Below are positions 1-20,412 of a stretch of 64,000 nt of DNA, in pieces. Origin of the DNA: the human T2T-CHM13v2.0 reference genome, Homo sapiens. Each line of letters opens with the position of its first letter. Within the stretch, counting starts at the first letter, position 1. The notes below the pieces were generated by a model that was not told where the DNA came from, ran no database searches, and saw only the letters and a list, made by a program, of their open reading frames with translations. The stretch lies in the NCBI RefSeq assembly GCF_009914755.1, contig NC_060929.1. The stretch is one strand, 5' to 3'. The position numbers and the translations under genes are program-made.

Positions 1-930
<930 letters not shown>

Positions 931-949
931 CCATCCTATAAGCTACAGA

Positions 950-1450
<501 letters not shown>

Positions 1451-2146
1451 GTAGACAATACGAAATAAATATAAAGCAGTCTCCACTTTGGAAAAACAGA
1501 AGACTCTTACTGCCTCATAGTATAGATTAAAAAATGAAATACTAAGACAAGTAAAACGTTCTTTAAAGAACAAAAACAAAAGAAAACCTAATGAAAGCTA
1601 AAAAAGTCCATTGGATAATAATGCTACCAGTACTAAGGAAGTACAGCCCCTAAAAGTGACTTGCAGTCACAAATATAAAAATGACTATTCAAGTGAACTC
1701 CTAAGGTGAAAATTTCTTATTCACCATGCTCCAAAATGGTCTGTAATATTCTTCAGAGATGGCATGGTAAAGTACGATAAAAGGGTAATATTAACAGTAT
1801 GCTGTCACAGGTGCCATTCTCTTAAAAAAGAAATCCAAAAATAAATATAAATGGAAAGCAAATAATTAATGGAGTTTTGACGGTCAATCAATGGTAAATA
1901 TTATTGGCATTAGATTTTTCTATTAATTATAGTTTACCTATGATCATGTATTTTTCCATTTAAAAATTACCCTAAAACTTAATGGCTTAAAATAACAAAT
2001 ATGTATGACACAATTTATAGAAGTCAGGGAAATGATGGATTTGGGTAGGTGGTTCTGACTCGAAGTCTCTCATGAGTAAAGGTTGCTGTCATGTTGTTGA
2101 CCCAGGCAGCATCCCCTGAAGCCTTTAACTTGTGTTGGAAGGTCCG

Positions 2147-2820
2147 TGTCTTAGTTTGTTTGCACTGTCGCTACAGAATACCATAGACAGGGTAGCTTAT
2201 AAACAACAGAAACGTTTCTAATGGTACCGGAGGCTGGATGGTGCAAAATCAAGGTGCTTGCAGATTTGGTGTCTGGTCAGAGCCCATTTTTTAGTTCATA
2301 GATTACTGTCCTCTAGCTCACATGGCAGAAGGGGCAAGGACGCTTTTTGGGGTCTCTTTTACAAGGGCACTAATCCCCGGCTGGGCACGGTGGCTCACAT
2401 CTGTAATCCCAGTACTTTGGGAGGCTGAGGCAGGCAGATCACGAGGTCAGGAGTTCCAGACCAGCCTGGCCAGTATGGTGAAACCCCGTCTCTACTAAAA
2501 ATACAAAAATTAGCCAGGTGTGGTGGTGCGTACCTGTAGTCTCAGCTACTCAGCTACTCAGGAGGCTGAGGCAGAAGAAACACTTGAACCCAGGAGGCAG
2601 ACGCTGCAGTGAGCTGACATGGCACCACTGCACTCCAGCCTGGGTAACAGAGCAAAACTCTGTCTCAAAAAATAAATAAATAAATAAATAAAAATAAAAA
2701 TAAAAAATAATAATCAAGGCACTAATCCCCAACATGAAGACAGACTATCATCTACCAAAAGCTCCACCTCCTACTATCATTACACTGGGGGTTAGGATTT
2801 CACAAATTCAGTGCATCATA
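2147..2820 (-). mobile_element. MLT1A-type LTR interrupted by an Alu
   Basis: tgtcttagtttgtttg, ttataaacaacagaaa, aagggcactaatccc, gggggttaggatttca; flanks gtccg / gtctg (5-bp TSD). Confidence 0.75.
2379..2716 (+). mobile_element. AluS SINE
   Basis: Full dimer with (TAAA)n tail; TSD aa(g)ggcactaatcccc on both sides; small internal duplication of ctcagcta. Confidence 0.95.
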
Positions 2821-4379
2821 GTCTGCTTCTAGAATGTTTAATCATTTGGCTGGATATCAGATAGGATGCCTCGGTTCTTCATGTGAGCTTTCTAGAAAAG
2901 ATAGTTTGGAATTATTTGCATGGTGGCTGGGCTCGTAAAGAGTTGAAGGAGAGAAAGAGAGAGAAACACCAGTAAGGAGCAAATTAGTTCACTCAAAATT
3001 AAAACCCTAGCCTTTGTGACCTTGTCTCAGAAGGTAACATTCCAATCCTGTGGTGTTTTATTTCTTAGATGGGAGTCACTCAGCTTAGCCTGCCTTCAAG
3101 GGGAGGAGTATGAAGCTCCACTTCTTAAACTGAGAAGAATCAACAAATATGTAGATATATATATTTTTAATAGTATTACAGCTCATGAACCCATTTAAAC
3201 CCATTTTAGAACTTTAAAGAAATATTTTAAAACGGAATTTTCAATTAAGCAGAAGAAATTGCCAGCTGTGGAACAGTGAACTTTATCGCTGAAATCACAC
3301 ACACATATATACACACACACAGTGCAAACTCATACATGATCAAATCTATAATCTTATTACACAAAGTTTTGTGAGAGGAAAAATGCTTGACTTTTCAAAA
3401 GGGCTCATTTATTAAAAATAAAATGACCATTGTGTTCATTTTAGCTGCAACCTTTAAGCAATCAATGACTATATACTTGCTGTAATCATCCTTTAAAATT
3501 AGAATTATTGAAAAGCTTTATCACTGATGAATGAAAGAAAGTAATATTGATTTGTGGCCAAGAGAGATAATCTCAGGCAATAAACAGGTGCAGTCTTTGA
3601 AGGAATCATTTTATTTTATTACTTTCTGACATTATTGAAGCCAATTTTAAATAAATTCATCATGTTTTTAAATTTAATCACGTATTATTTTATCATACAT
3701 TAGGTAAAGTTTCAATCTAAGTAACTCCTGGATAAAAAATGAAGTATATCAATTTACAATTACAAATACCCAAATTGTACAGGCATGCATTTTTCAATGA
3801 CATTTATAAATTGTGTTTTGTTGTTTGTGCCTTGTGTTTGTTTTATTAATCAAATTAATTTATACAGATATATGTATGGAAATGAGACAGATATAACCAG
3901 TTCTCTATAAGTAAGCATTATCTAATGGAGTCTTTCCTTTCACTAATGATCATCAGGACAGCTAGGGAAGTGAGTTGAAATTTTCAGGCCATTAGGTTAA
4001 TAGTTCTAGTAATTCTAGTAATGTTTCGACAGTCATAATATAAATGATACTATGTGGCTTGAATTAATGCATTTTCTTATGTAACAAATAATAAGACAAT
4101 TTTTAAAAGTGGTAATTACTATTTTTAAATATGACAATTAAAAATAATGAAAGAAAAGAGGTTGTACATTGAGTAGCCATAACATTATCTTTAAACATAT
4201 TTATTCTTCATTTCCTAACTTTTCCCACCTTTTGGCTAAATCGTATGTTCTTTCTCTAACCTCACTTCTGTTTTATTACTCTCTGGGAAAGATCTTTATA
4301 TAAAACGTCTAAGCAATCAAACCTAACACAGGATGAATTTCTACACATTACTATACCCTCTGGTCACTATTTTTTTCTT

Positions 4380-5620
4380 CTCTTTATTGCCCATTTCCCT
4401 GATCTTGAAACATTCCAATTATTTGCCTTCCATGACATTCTACTCTTACTTTTACTTTTCTGTCTCTGATTACTCATTTCCAGTTCCTTTTGTCATCTCC
4501 TTGTCTTCCTACACCTGCCAATTAAATTTGAATTTCCTCTGCATTTCATCTTATGTCTCCTTTTCTTCTGCCAAATTCTCTCCTTAGACAAATACAGTCA
4601 TTCCCATGGTTTTATATCCCACTTATATTCAAGGGCTCTAGAATGTATAGCGCCAGGCCAAATCTATCTTAAGAACTTACTTTACTTAACCAATTACAAC
4701 TGCATCTGCTCAGGATCATGTAACCCACATCAGCATTTGGCTCTTCTGTAGACCCATTTTTTCTTTTCCTGGAAGTCTATTTTGACACCTACTTTCTGTC
4801 ACTACCCACGTTTTAGCATTTAGCCTTGTCAATTTACTCTCATCCATATGTAACTCTATCCATTTTCTTCTCTCTATTATGAACAGCAGTTTGAGCCATC
4901 ATGACCAATTTTGCAGTATCCCTTCTTAAATTAGCCTCCTGTTTCGCATTGGACATTTTCACCCCCCAGCAATTCCACCGATTTCATTCTCGGAAAAATA
5001 TAAATGAAGAGTTACATTTTTCAATAGCCATAATCATTAAATTTCCATGTGTAAGAAAATGTTCAGAACAGTATCAGTGCATTTATAATAAAATTTTAAA
5101 ACTTGACCCACAAATCTCTACTTGTCCTTCTAGTTTTATTTCATTTGTCTCTCGTCAATCTCTACATTCTGATCACCACAATCTTTTAATTCATCTGAAA
5201 GCTAAGCTCTCTCTTAATTTACATTCTCTATACTTGCAATTTTGTCTACCTAGAAGTGTCTTCTTCCATCTTTGGATTGTTATTGCAAATCCATTGAATA
5301 GTTCTCATCTGAATTGTTTCTTCCTTGGGATGACTTATAAACACTTCATCCTACAGCCAAATCAGAAGACCAATATCAAAATCTTTCATCACATCCTAAA
5401 TTTGCTTATATGTAATTATATGGCAAGAATCTCTTTGTCTTTATAATCATGATTCACTTATCTATGTTTTTTAAAAACTCTTCTAGGTGGTGATGCTAAG
5501 CTCCGTAATGTTGGGCTTGTTACCTGTCTCAACTATCTTCCACACCTACCACAGTACCTGCTACATAGATGTATTCAATATATATTTTTAGAATTAGTAA
5601 ATGATGAGCAAGCGTGTACT
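4380..5620 (+). mobile_element. Degraded L2 LINE fragments
   Basis: cattcccatggttttatatcccacttatat, and a 3'-end-like cacagtacctgctacatagatgtattcaatatatattt. Confidence 0.5.
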
Positions 5621-7254
5621 TTTGTTCTCTTTCATTACAGTGTTAGAAATGCTATTACAGCATTAGAAAAGATAATCAGAAAGAAAATTTAATAGATCAT
5701 CAGGAAAAAATCCCAAGACTTTTAGGCAAATGAGCCTACAAACACAGGTGGAATGGACTTGCAATTTACCAAGAAATAGGTTTGTCATACTTAGAAACCA
5801 ACTGTATAAACATGTTTTTATCTATTAATAACTCCATTTTCCAAAACGCTCTACTTTATATGAGACAATTCTTGATGGAAATACCATTTGCTTCTAGGCT
5901 CGTTGCTTAAACATAAAGTTAAAAATCTTTGTATGACACATAAAATTGTGGTGACTGCTTAACTTTGCAACTATAGCGCTCCTGAAATGCTCATTTAACC
6001 AGTCTGTGTTCCAGACCTACAGAACTTAGATGGTGCTAACATTGCGCAAAAATTGTGTATTTCTTCTACAACTAACTTCTGATAAAAAGGGGGCAGAGAA
6101 GGTTAACTCTCTCCCCCTTTAGCTTTATTTGCTTAGTGAATTTCTACAAAACATAATTTAAGTGCTATATTTTTCCAAGGTTTTAATAAGGAAATAAAAA
6201 CCGCAATAGGTATCTTAAGCAGAAAGTGCATTTCATACATATACAATAGGAAGGGCTAAAATAACTAAAGTAGCTGTGGCATGGAGGAAGGTTTTGAGTT
6301 CTTGAATTCAAAGGCACGCAATCATTTCTGCAATCCTGGGTCAAAAAGATGCTCCTGCTATTAAAACTTTAAGCCTCTTATGCCCATGAAACTGGGGATT
6401 AGGCACAAGGATATTGAATCCTACCACTTCCACTACTTCTGAACTATTGTCCCCATGATTTCACTTGCCAGAATCAACAATAGCAAGACAGGCTTTGATC
6501 TCTTCCATTTTTCTAAGTCTGATTCATATGCAAACAATCGGTAAGTGGTCTAAGCTGCATTCATAAAGCTAGCTCAAGGGAAGCTGCATTGCTTGTTTTG
6601 TTTTAATTTTCTAACCTCTTCAAAGAGTGGAACGAAAGTTGAGGAAACCTGTCCAACAGTCTACCACACACCTTCCATGAAAGGTTCCCCAACACCTCCA
6701 ACAAAATAATGTAAACACATGCTGGAACCTATATTACTCTCGCACCATAACACTTCCCACACTTCCCACAATACTTTTTCTCTTCATGGGAATATCCTTC
6801 CAAAACATGCTGATATCTCCTAAGCATTATTCATCTGTCGAATTTTCCCACCTATTGTAAGGTCTTCCAATTGTTAGGTTCTTAATAAATATATTTTAAA
6901 TTATTAAAATTCTGAACTAATGGGTAATCAACTGTACAACCCGAATTGCTGATTTGCATACAGCTGAAGTCCCTCCTCAAAACTTCTGTAATACATGAAA
7001 CTTAGGCAAATGGTTGGGTCATTACCATATATTACTTTATATTTTTATTTATCAGTATATGTGATTACAGTTATGCTTATGTTAATTGATATGTATATGT
7101 TAACTTTTATACATATGTACATTGTATTATTTTGTTACATAGCACAGCATTTTGTACTCAAAAAGTGACCAATAATAATAAGCTACATACTTTGGGAAGC
7201 ATTGCAGGCTAGTCGTACAGTTTTGTTTTGTTTTTTTCCCTGCAGCCTGACAAC

Positions 7255-7380
7255 CTTTTCAGTCATTCACTAAACCTCTCTCAGCTTCAGTTTCTTCATC
7301 TGCAACATATAGCAAATAATAAAACTTAACTCAGATGGTTCTAGTGTGAAATAATACAGAGTAAATGTGCCACCAAATAC
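7255..7380 (+). mobile_element. MIR SINE core
   Basis: cactaaacctctctcagcttcagtttcttcatctgcaa. Confidence 0.6.
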
Positions 7381-7439
7381 AAACCAATGGCTTGATTGAC
7401 ATAACTCACTGCTAATTTTCTTGAAATGATTCAAAGTAT

Positions 7440-9185
<1,746 letters not shown>

Positions 9186-9769
9186 GCCTTCTGTACTTAC
9201 TTTAGCCCAGTTATTGTTAGGTTCAACATTCAGCACTTTACTTAAATTTTCTATAGCTTTCTGGACCTTTTTTTGATATTTATATATAGTAGTGTGGCAC
9301 AGAAGTGCTAATATTTACCAAAATAAAAGTTATATTTTTAATTAAAAATTAATTAAAAGGTTGTAGAATCTCAGGATGGAATGCAGACTGTTACAAATTT
9401 ATCTAGCTCTATTATGAACCATACAAAATAACTTCAGTGAGGGACTTAAGGGAAAGGGTGCTAGTCAAAGTGATATTGAAAATGAGTGCAGTCTCTTAAG
9501 ATGAAAGGCAAAAGAAACTTGTACGAAGGCATTTAATTTAGTTGATAAAGATGTTCTTCTACTAAGGGCAGGTTATCAATTCTGGTACAGCTATATACAT
9601 ATACTGGAAGTGAACAATTAACTAAATAGATGTCACAAAATAAGAGTCAGGATTTTTATTGTTGGAGTGGGGGTTTAGAGATACAGGAAGGCATTGATGC
9701 TTGCGGGACTAGGTTAGAGGTAGTGACATCAGTAAGAACCCATGTTTAGCTTAATATAGACATAGATGG

Positions 9770-10152
9770 TGATATGGTTTACATTTTGTCCCCTCTCAAA
9801 CCTCTCGTCCAATTGTAATCGCCAGTGTTGAAGGAGGGGTCTAGTGGGAGGGGATTGGATTATGGGGGCAGATTTCCTCCTTGCTGTTCTTGTGATAATG
9901 ACTTAGTTCTCACACAATCTGGTTGTTTAAAAGTGTGTAGCATCTCCCCCTTAGTTCTCTTCCTCCTTCTCCAGCCATGTAAGATGTGCCTGCTTCCTCT
10001 TTGCCTTCTGCTATGACTGTACGTTTTCTGAGGCTTCCCCATCCTTGCTTCCTGTACAGCCTGTGCAACTGTGAGGCAATTAAAGCTCTTTTCTTTATAA
10101 ATTACCTAGGATCAGGTAGTTCTTTATAACAATGGGATAATGGACTAATATA
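9770..10152 (+). mobile_element. MSTA/THE1D-like MaLR solo LTR
   Basis: tgatatggttt...tttaaaagtgtgtagc...ggactaatata; 5-bp TSD gatgg / gatgt; flanks resemble old L1M sequence. Confidence 0.85.
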
Positions 10153-11222
10153 GATGTTTACATATAGAAATATTTAAAGATATGTGTCTACATATGTGTA
10201 AGAATATACACATTGTTTCTTTGCTCTCTCATCTTAGAGAGCTATGAAAAAATTGATACTCCCTTAGCTACAGGCACAGCTAGCACTTAAATATTGATTT
10301 CATATATAGAAAGCAGGGCGTCTTTGAAAGTGGCTGATTCTAAGAATGGGGAAGAAAATACACAAGATGAGCCTGGGACATCCTCTAGTGCCAGAAATTA
10401 TGAAAATACTAACAAAAATCTATTTGTGAGATATGTCAAACAAGCACAGGGGCCAGGTGAAAGGTCTTTCAATTTCTAGAATAATTTTAGCAACACAATA
10501 CATTAATTGGTAGTATATTTGGATTATACCCAAAAATGTAATTTTCCTTAGTCCATATTGATATCAATAAATGACTGAATAAACAAATGAATGAGATAAA
10601 AGAGGTAAATCTCCTCTGCAAATAATTTACATATGTATTCCAACTAAAGGAAGTCAGCTCTTAAAGACATCTTAAGCAATACTGCAACTGAATTAGCTTT
10701 CCAAAGATACTGTCACAATTCATCTATTCCAAGACCTATACATTTCATATTTTAATATCTCCTGAAAATATAATGCATTTTACAATTCAGTGGTATGTCT
10801 TAGTTTAATTAGCCACAATGCGAATTACTTGCTTAACGGGACATAAAATAGTGCATTATACAATCTATGGGCTCTTGGACTCAAGAAAATACGATAGAAA
10901 GGAGTTTATGTTAGAGTCTGCGCACTGACTAAAGATCAGAGCAGAAAGCAGATTCTAGGAACAGTCACATTTGTGGCAGTCACTGGTCTCGGCATGCAAC
11001 AAAATTCAAAGTAAATAGTGGTAAGGTGGGAAATGGACAAAGCTATGTAGCTAGAATCAGAAGTCCTTGAAATCAAAACATCAAGATTCAAACTATTTAG
11101 GGGCAGTGGGGCTGACGTGGTGACCGTGGGCCTGATCAGATAAAACCTTTACAAAGAAACAGTAGCTCTCAGACTCACCTCCTGAGACAGAGTTGTTCTG
11201 AGGGGAAAATGGGTAAGTTTCC

Positions 11223-11269
11223 ACAGTAACATACAGTACTTAAACATACAGTAAGATACAGTACTTAAA
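11223..11269. repeat. Tandem duplication, 25-bp period
   Basis: acagtaa(c/g)atacagtacttaaa at 11223 and at 11248. Confidence 0.85.
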
Positions 11270-12139
11270 GCCCTGACCTGTCCAGTTCCCAACACATCTT
11301 TCTTGATGGGCACCTAAATGTCACCTTTTGGTTTTATTTTTGTGTTTTTCTCATCTAAGCTCGGAGAGCAAAGCCTGACAGGGTGAGCCCCCAAAGTGTG
11401 TTCATGTCTTAAGAGTGTCCAGAAGCCACCTAGGGAGTGTGCAAGTTTTTCATTTTCATGCCAGGGACAATGTCTCTCTTTATTGAGCTAATGGCAAGGT
11501 ATGGGCCTCAGAATATGTACAGTTTGAACATATTTGCATCTTCCCTTTAATTAACTGTGAAATCTGTGAGGCTAATGAGAAGAAAATTGATGGGTAGTCG
11601 GTGGAAGAATTTTTTTTTCATTGTCATATCTTCAACTTTCCTGGGGTATAATAAGAGATGCACAGTCAATTCAGTATACTTGAAATGTGTGATGTGGTCA
11701 AATTTGAGATAGATATATATATATATGTATATACTTTTGGAAATATCACTACATTCACAACCATCATTATGAAAAGTTTTCTTGTGCACCTCAGTAATCA
11801 GTCTCTCCCTCCATGCTGTCTCCAGGCAGCCATTTGATTTTCCATCAGGTAACATGAGTGAGAAGAAAATGTCTGTTGCAAGCTATTGAAATTTTGTGGT
11901 TGTTCACTTTTTAGAAACTCTTTGGAATTTTCTTTCTCATATCTTTATTAACATATAAAGTGTCTGTCTGGCATACTTTCAGATAATGTAAATAATATAC
12001 TCAGCAATTGTTTTGTGCTGGGCTTCCATTTAATCTTTCAAGATCATATGGATTTTTATAGCTTTATATGTTGTGTTTGGCATCTTAAGCTCACTATCTA
12101 CCTACTGACTCTTAAATCCCAAACTCTAAAGAGGTTCTG

Positions 12140-12280
12140 AAGATTCCAAAGATGCTATTCACATCCGGTAAGTTTAGGGCAGGAAAACTGGTAAACCTCC
12201 TATAACATGAGGCTAGAGCCCACAACAAAATTATCAGGTCCAAAAATGTCAATAGTATTGAAGGTGAGACAATTTCTAGG
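12140..12280. mobile_element. MER20 fragment (hAT-Charlie)
   Basis: cccacaacaaaattatcaggtccaaaaatgtcaatagtattgaaggtgagac. Confidence 0.55.
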
Positions 12281-12459
12281 GAGATATTACACCTTGATAT
12301 TCTCATTTAATATGCTGGTAATGTAATCCAGCATTTTTCCAAAAATGAGAATAGCCTGGTGGCCTTAAATGTCATTGTTTTACTCTTACTTACATTGGAC
12401 TAAAGAATGAGTTCAAATGCAGCTGAATAATTTGGATATTTAAAGCAATAACATTTTTC

Positions 12460-12585
12460 ACTAACGCGCATAGGCTTAATGCCTGGGTGACAAAATAATC
12501 TGTATACCTATTTACCTATAGGTTTACCTATATAACAAACCTGCACATATACCCCTGAACTGAAAATAAAAGTTAATAAATAAAG
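12460..12585 (+). mobile_element. Extremely 5'-truncated L1 3' end (L1PB-like)
   Basis: tataacaaacctgcacatatacccctgaactgaaaataaaag; TSD taaagcaataacattt / taaagtaattacattt. Confidence 0.8.
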
Positions 12586-14543
12586 TAATTACATTTGTTT
12601 AGAAATAAAATAAATTTAGAAATGGAAAATATTGTTGAAAATATTCTAAGAATTTTAAATTTATACATTAAAATAAAAATAATCTGAATATTATTACCAA
12701 CAGAAAATCTTTGTCTTGATCTCAAATTCCAAGTAGAATACCTTTAGACTATCTCTAGCAATAGCTAACAGAATAAGATTTACAAATCTTGATAGATCAT
12801 TTTTCATGCCTGTGTCATTTTAAAATGAATTGATGGCTGTTAAAACTTAATTTAATTTGAGTCTCTTCCGGATCATATACATAGTTTTACAGACAGCCAT
12901 GTTCAATGAAATTATAATATGTAACACAAGAAATATGCCAGATGTAAAGTAAGAATCTCTTTTAAACGCTCTGATATTCAAAAATCTTTATCAGATTTCC
13001 TAAACTAACGATTTTAAACAAAACCTTTTAGTTAAGAAAGCATTGGTCTCAATAGTAAATCTGCCAATATGAATTGCTGCATTTTATTTTTGAACTTTCT
13101 AAAGGCCATCTGCCAGAGTAATTAGATATAAAATCCTGCATGCAATCTAATATTAGATGAAAAGTTTAAACTACCAATGATACAATATTGATGCACAGAG
13201 GAATGAATTGATTTTTTATGTTATTCTCAAATTGAAAGTCAATCTTTTTATAAAATAAATTTATAAATAAATCCAAATATGATATTTTAGCTCACTTTTG
13301 ACAGTAGGTTTTCAGTTTCTGATGTTAACAATGGCATAATTATGATTTGCTGAATGACTTTAAAGTGATCGGATAAGGAAACAATTAGGGTTTGCAGTAG
13401 CTGGAGAAAGAAAAAAAAGAAATATTTAGATATTGCATACTCAATATGGCACATACTACGTCACAGGCTTTAATATCAGTTGACTACTCTCTTTAGAAGG
13501 AGTACGGTTTGACCTAGACCAGTTTATTTATTCATTTTTGTAATAATTTTTCCTCATTCTCTTTGACACATTGGTTAACCTAAAATTACTGTGTTGCTTA
13601 GGACATTGACTAAAAATCGTAGTCTTTCAGTTTGTGGCTGCTCACAGGATTTTTTTTTTTTTTTTTGCTTTGGCTTACTAAATAATCTTTTATTGGAGTT
13701 AAAACAACAAAGCTAGTAAAGATATATAAATCAATGCCAAAAAAAAGGAGACAGGCCTACTTATATGCCATTATCTTCTGTTATTGCCGTTGGATAGAAG
13801 ACAGACATTACCATTTTTAATCAATTGTATACTTCATAAATATGATACAACAGATATTTTTACTTCCAAGATTATACATAGAGTTTTTATGATTCCTTTG
13901 TGAGTGTGAACTATATAGCTGTCCCTAAAACATAATTGAGAACAGAAAGGTTTTATTTTTAATTATATAATTTTCTTGCCCAAGTTATATGGATTCATAG
14001 GTTACAGAATGTATAACAATATACATTTTTTGCATTTTTAAATTTACTGTATAATTTATTTCTGAAACCAAATTTGATATACAACTATGTAAACCATTAA
14101 ATATGATCTGGATTAAAATAATCTTAACAGACAAATCCAAAAACACTGCATTTTATTATTTCTATTTCTAATGTTACCTCCAGGTTTAGACTCCCCTAAG
14201 TAATTGACTCTACCTATTATGTTTGTGTTTTGAAACATCACTCTATATTGTAACAAAAAGAAAAATGACACAATTAGTTTCCTATATGTACACAAAAATT
14301 TTCAGTTTTAAATAAGGAAATATAGTTTTGAAATTTAAAAAAGTAAATGTTATAATATTTTCTCAAATAATTTACTACTCATATTCCCATTGCTTAGTTT
14401 CATTAATTTTTACACTCACATTTTACATATCCAAGATATATTTCCAGCTTTATTTTCAGAATGAACTGCTAGGATCTTAGATGAGTTTATTATTTTGCAC
14501 GAGGTGCCACTGCTTGACACCTGATTGTGTGTATACCCCCCCC

Positions 14544-16152
<1,609 letters not shown>

Positions 16153-16302
16153 TAAAATCAATACCCACTCTTCCCCACGAACAAGAGAAAGTAAAAACAA
16201 CTAACAGTGGATTTCTGTATCACGATGACTCATTTTCAATAGAACACTACCATAGGTCAAATGGATGAATGCATAAATAATGAATGGATTAATATCTTTT
16301 AC

Positions 16303-16501
16303 ATAATCATGTGCCACATAACAACGTTTACATCAATAAGAGACAGCATGTAAAACAATGGCTCATTAAGATTATAATAGGGTTGAAAAATTGCTATCAC
16401 CATTATAGATTGATCACTCTATGAAGTTTGCACAGTAAGATAATCACCTAGCCACACACTTCTCAGAACATATCCTCATTGCTAAGTGACACAAGGCTGT
16501 A
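16303..16501. mobile_element. Tigger3/Golem-derived MITE
   Basis: tcatgtgccacataacaacgttt...cattaagattataata; far end gctaagtgacacaaggctgta. Confidence 0.65.
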
Positions 16502-16834
16502 TTTCATTTAATGATTGCGTAAATAGTTGTTGAGAAAAATCTGCACTCTAAGTACCAGGATAAAAGAGATTAATAATAAATTAATGATTAAATGCACCAT
16601 GATCAATCTTATCATTGAGGTCTATATGCTACATTTGGATTACATCGTAAAGGCAGAGGTTAATCATCGCAACTTACACAACAGGATACAGAGTGGATCA
16701 GCAGATAATTACATAATAGAATACAGTTTGAAACCTGCAAGATGCATTAGAATTAATTAGAATCAAACCATATGTGTGACTTTGGTTTAAATGTGCAAAA
16801 CCTATTAATATAGATATAGCCAGGACATTTCTAT

Positions 16835-17279
<445 letters not shown>

Positions 17280-18799
17280 TGTCTTTATAAATCTTATAGA
17301 AATATTTAACTTTTAAAATCAACCACACACAATTAAGACTTTGATAAAAGTAATTAAGAAGTAAAGCAATGGAAAAAGCAATTTTTAAAAACATATATGA
17401 ATGATTGAAAGCCAGGAGTAAAATTAAGAATTGTATTAAAATATCACTATTAAAATTAGCTACATAAATATTTAATTAATGCAGCTAAATTGTTAACAAA
17501 ATTTACAGAAGAAAAGTATGTTAACATTACTGAATCATCTTAAAATCTTATTAAAATTTAAAGTTCTTCTCAACTGAAATTATATCACAGAAAAAAATAA
17601 TGTCACCTTAAAAAGTTTAGGATTAGAAATACATAATTATTTTTAAATATAGTCTTTATATATTAATTATATTTCATTAATGTCTTATTTCTTGAATAAA
17701 CTTTTTTCATGATACTATTTAAGTGCCACATTCTACAATAATATGGAAAACAATTCTACAAAATGTGGCATACAGTAATTGATAGGTAGTATAGCACACC
17801 TTTTATCTCTTTATAGCAAAAACATAATGTGTAAATTAATATAACACTAAGTCCCATATTGTCATTTTTTGTCAAAGAGCTATCTCCTTGAAAACCATCA
17901 TCCTCAGATGCATCTCTAACTTCAAAAAGACCTTAGAAACTGTAACAATTGTAAATGCGTTATAACTTAAAGAGATATTATCTTCACATTAGAGGCTAAC
18001 AGGCTTATACCTACTGATAGCTGACAAGTATTATAGGAATCCTGGCAGGCAAATTGTTGCATAAAAATTATGTAATTTACTAACTGTAAAATAACCTTTA
18101 GAGTTTAGAATCAGTCAGATAAGTAGAACAGACAATTGTTATCAAAGCCATATAAATGGCTATTAAAATTATTTTTTGCTACCCTCATTTTATCTCTGAA
18201 GAGACATCTTGTTAAAAAATGAATAACAGACACATATAAATACCTAATTACAAGCAGAGTTAAGATTAAAATTCAGCCTCATTAGGGGTGGGATAGAAAT
18301 CAGTACACTAAAGAATATTTTGGTGCAGGTAGTTTGTTTCAAATGATTCAACCTTCAACATTACTTCACTTAAATTTTAGCAAACTTTCTGCTATAATTT
18401 AAGCATACAGACCTATGACACTAGACATATGTCCTGTGTAAGCCTGGGCTAGGGGAGCTCTATTTAATACTTACATAAACCCCAAAGATGTCCTAAGAAA
18501 TAAAATTTGGAAAAACTTTGATGTGCTACAGCACGGATTTTCTCCTACAGCAACAGAGCAGACACTTGAATGTAGTTATACTCCTGCTTTCCACCTCCCT
18601 GTCAAAACAATAAAAAAGGCCACAGGCCTGTGGTTCTGGCCTCCAGGGAACTGGTGGCTTCTTTAACCCACACTGCTGCTGCTGAATCCCATTTAGGTTT
18701 AGGGTTTATTTTGTATATGCCTTTGTACAGGCTAAATGCTGGTCTAGTTGAAAATCAACCTAAAACAACCTTAATAGCATCTCATTTTATTGTGACTTT

Positions 18800-19107
<308 letters not shown>

Positions 19108-20412
19108 TGACTTTAAACTTGAACATGCTTTTGTGCTGTGGCCGAGTTTAGGATCCCAACCAGCCTGTGATTACTGTGGTCACCACACAGATTCCCTCTT
19201 GTTCCATCTTTTATATTCCATCTTCTCACTCTCATAACTGTGTGGATAGGAAAACAATTATCCATACAGGTATGATATTGGCAGAGAAAATCACAAAATG
19301 TTTTAATGAGCAAACACTTTGGGGATGGTAATAATCTTTCTACCACCTTCATTGTCTTGTTTAAGTATCTCTACATTCTTCTTTAAAAATTAGGAATATA
19401 TCTTTCTTGCTCTTTCGTTGTTGTTGAACACCAGAAGGGGATATTCCTTAATTCTCTCTCCATAGCTAAGGACAGTACAGCACAATATTCCATTCAGCAG
19501 GTGAAGTCAGTATGAATGAATGCATTTCAATCAGCAAATTGCTGGTTGTGTTGCAACTCCTAGTTATGATGTTTTGTGTACTTTGAAGGGCTCCCATTAA
19601 TTAAGGTATTTCTTATAAGCATTCAGAAAGTTTCTTTTCTTGGCATGCGACTTGAAAATTTGTCCTGATATTTTCCCTGTGACAATGTTTTGTGAATTGT
19701 AACTCAGCCACTTAAGTGGCTCCTCATAATAAAGCCACATGGTATCCATGTACACATATTTAACAAATCAAAGAAGTGGTTCTCAACCTAATCTCTAGAG
19801 GAGGTCCTTCTTGTTCACTTTCAATAACTATGTTGAAGAATAGATTCTAAAAAGCTATCACCAAATTTTCGAATATGTTTTGAAATTTGTGTCCACAAAA
19901 TCTATAAATCAATAAATGTATAGAATAGAGCATAATAATCCAATTAACAAATTTAAGATGTCATCTAAGCAGGAATGAATGCAATAAATAGGCCTTCTTA
20001 CTTCAAAATCAACTGCAGAGGTAATGCATTGCCACTAGACTTGTGTGCTGTGTTGGTAATAAATTAACAAAAACTTTGGGGATAAGAAAAATCTGCAAAT
20101 AAAATGGTGTGTCATTTGTGAAATATAATCACAAAAATGTTCAGATTGTTATAATTAACAGAAAAACTATTGCTTTTATTATATCCAGTGTTTAACAGAC
20201 ACTATTCATGTATACATACAACATTCTTATAATAACTCTTGTGTCCATGTAAATAGCAGTCTTGCCAAAAAGAATTGATTATCATGTAGTAGTTTGTAAG
20301 TATTTTCATGCATAGGCTGCAACCCTTTAGAGTGCTATTCTAATAAATTATTAATATTAACTTGATGAACACAATTCTAAGACATTTCATTTGAGGATAT
20401 GTTTATTAACTA

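Larger units (their letters stand above)
1950..3200 (-). mobile_element. Old MLT1 (G/H-like) LTR split by an MLT1A insertion
   Basis: aaattaccctaaaacttaatggcttaaaataac, gtctctcatgag..ggttgctgtca; resumes at 2822 with tctgcttc..., ttcaaggggaggag..gctccacttctt. Confidence 0.6.

Noticed and set aside
4901-5446. 181-aa ORF
   Set aside because: It lies in pyrimidine-rich, decayed L2-like sequence and has no recognisable domain, so it is likely a chance ORF.
18620-18633. 14-bp perfect palindrome ccacaggcctgtgg
   Set aside because: A few palindromes of this length are expected by chance in 64 kb, and there is no supporting context.
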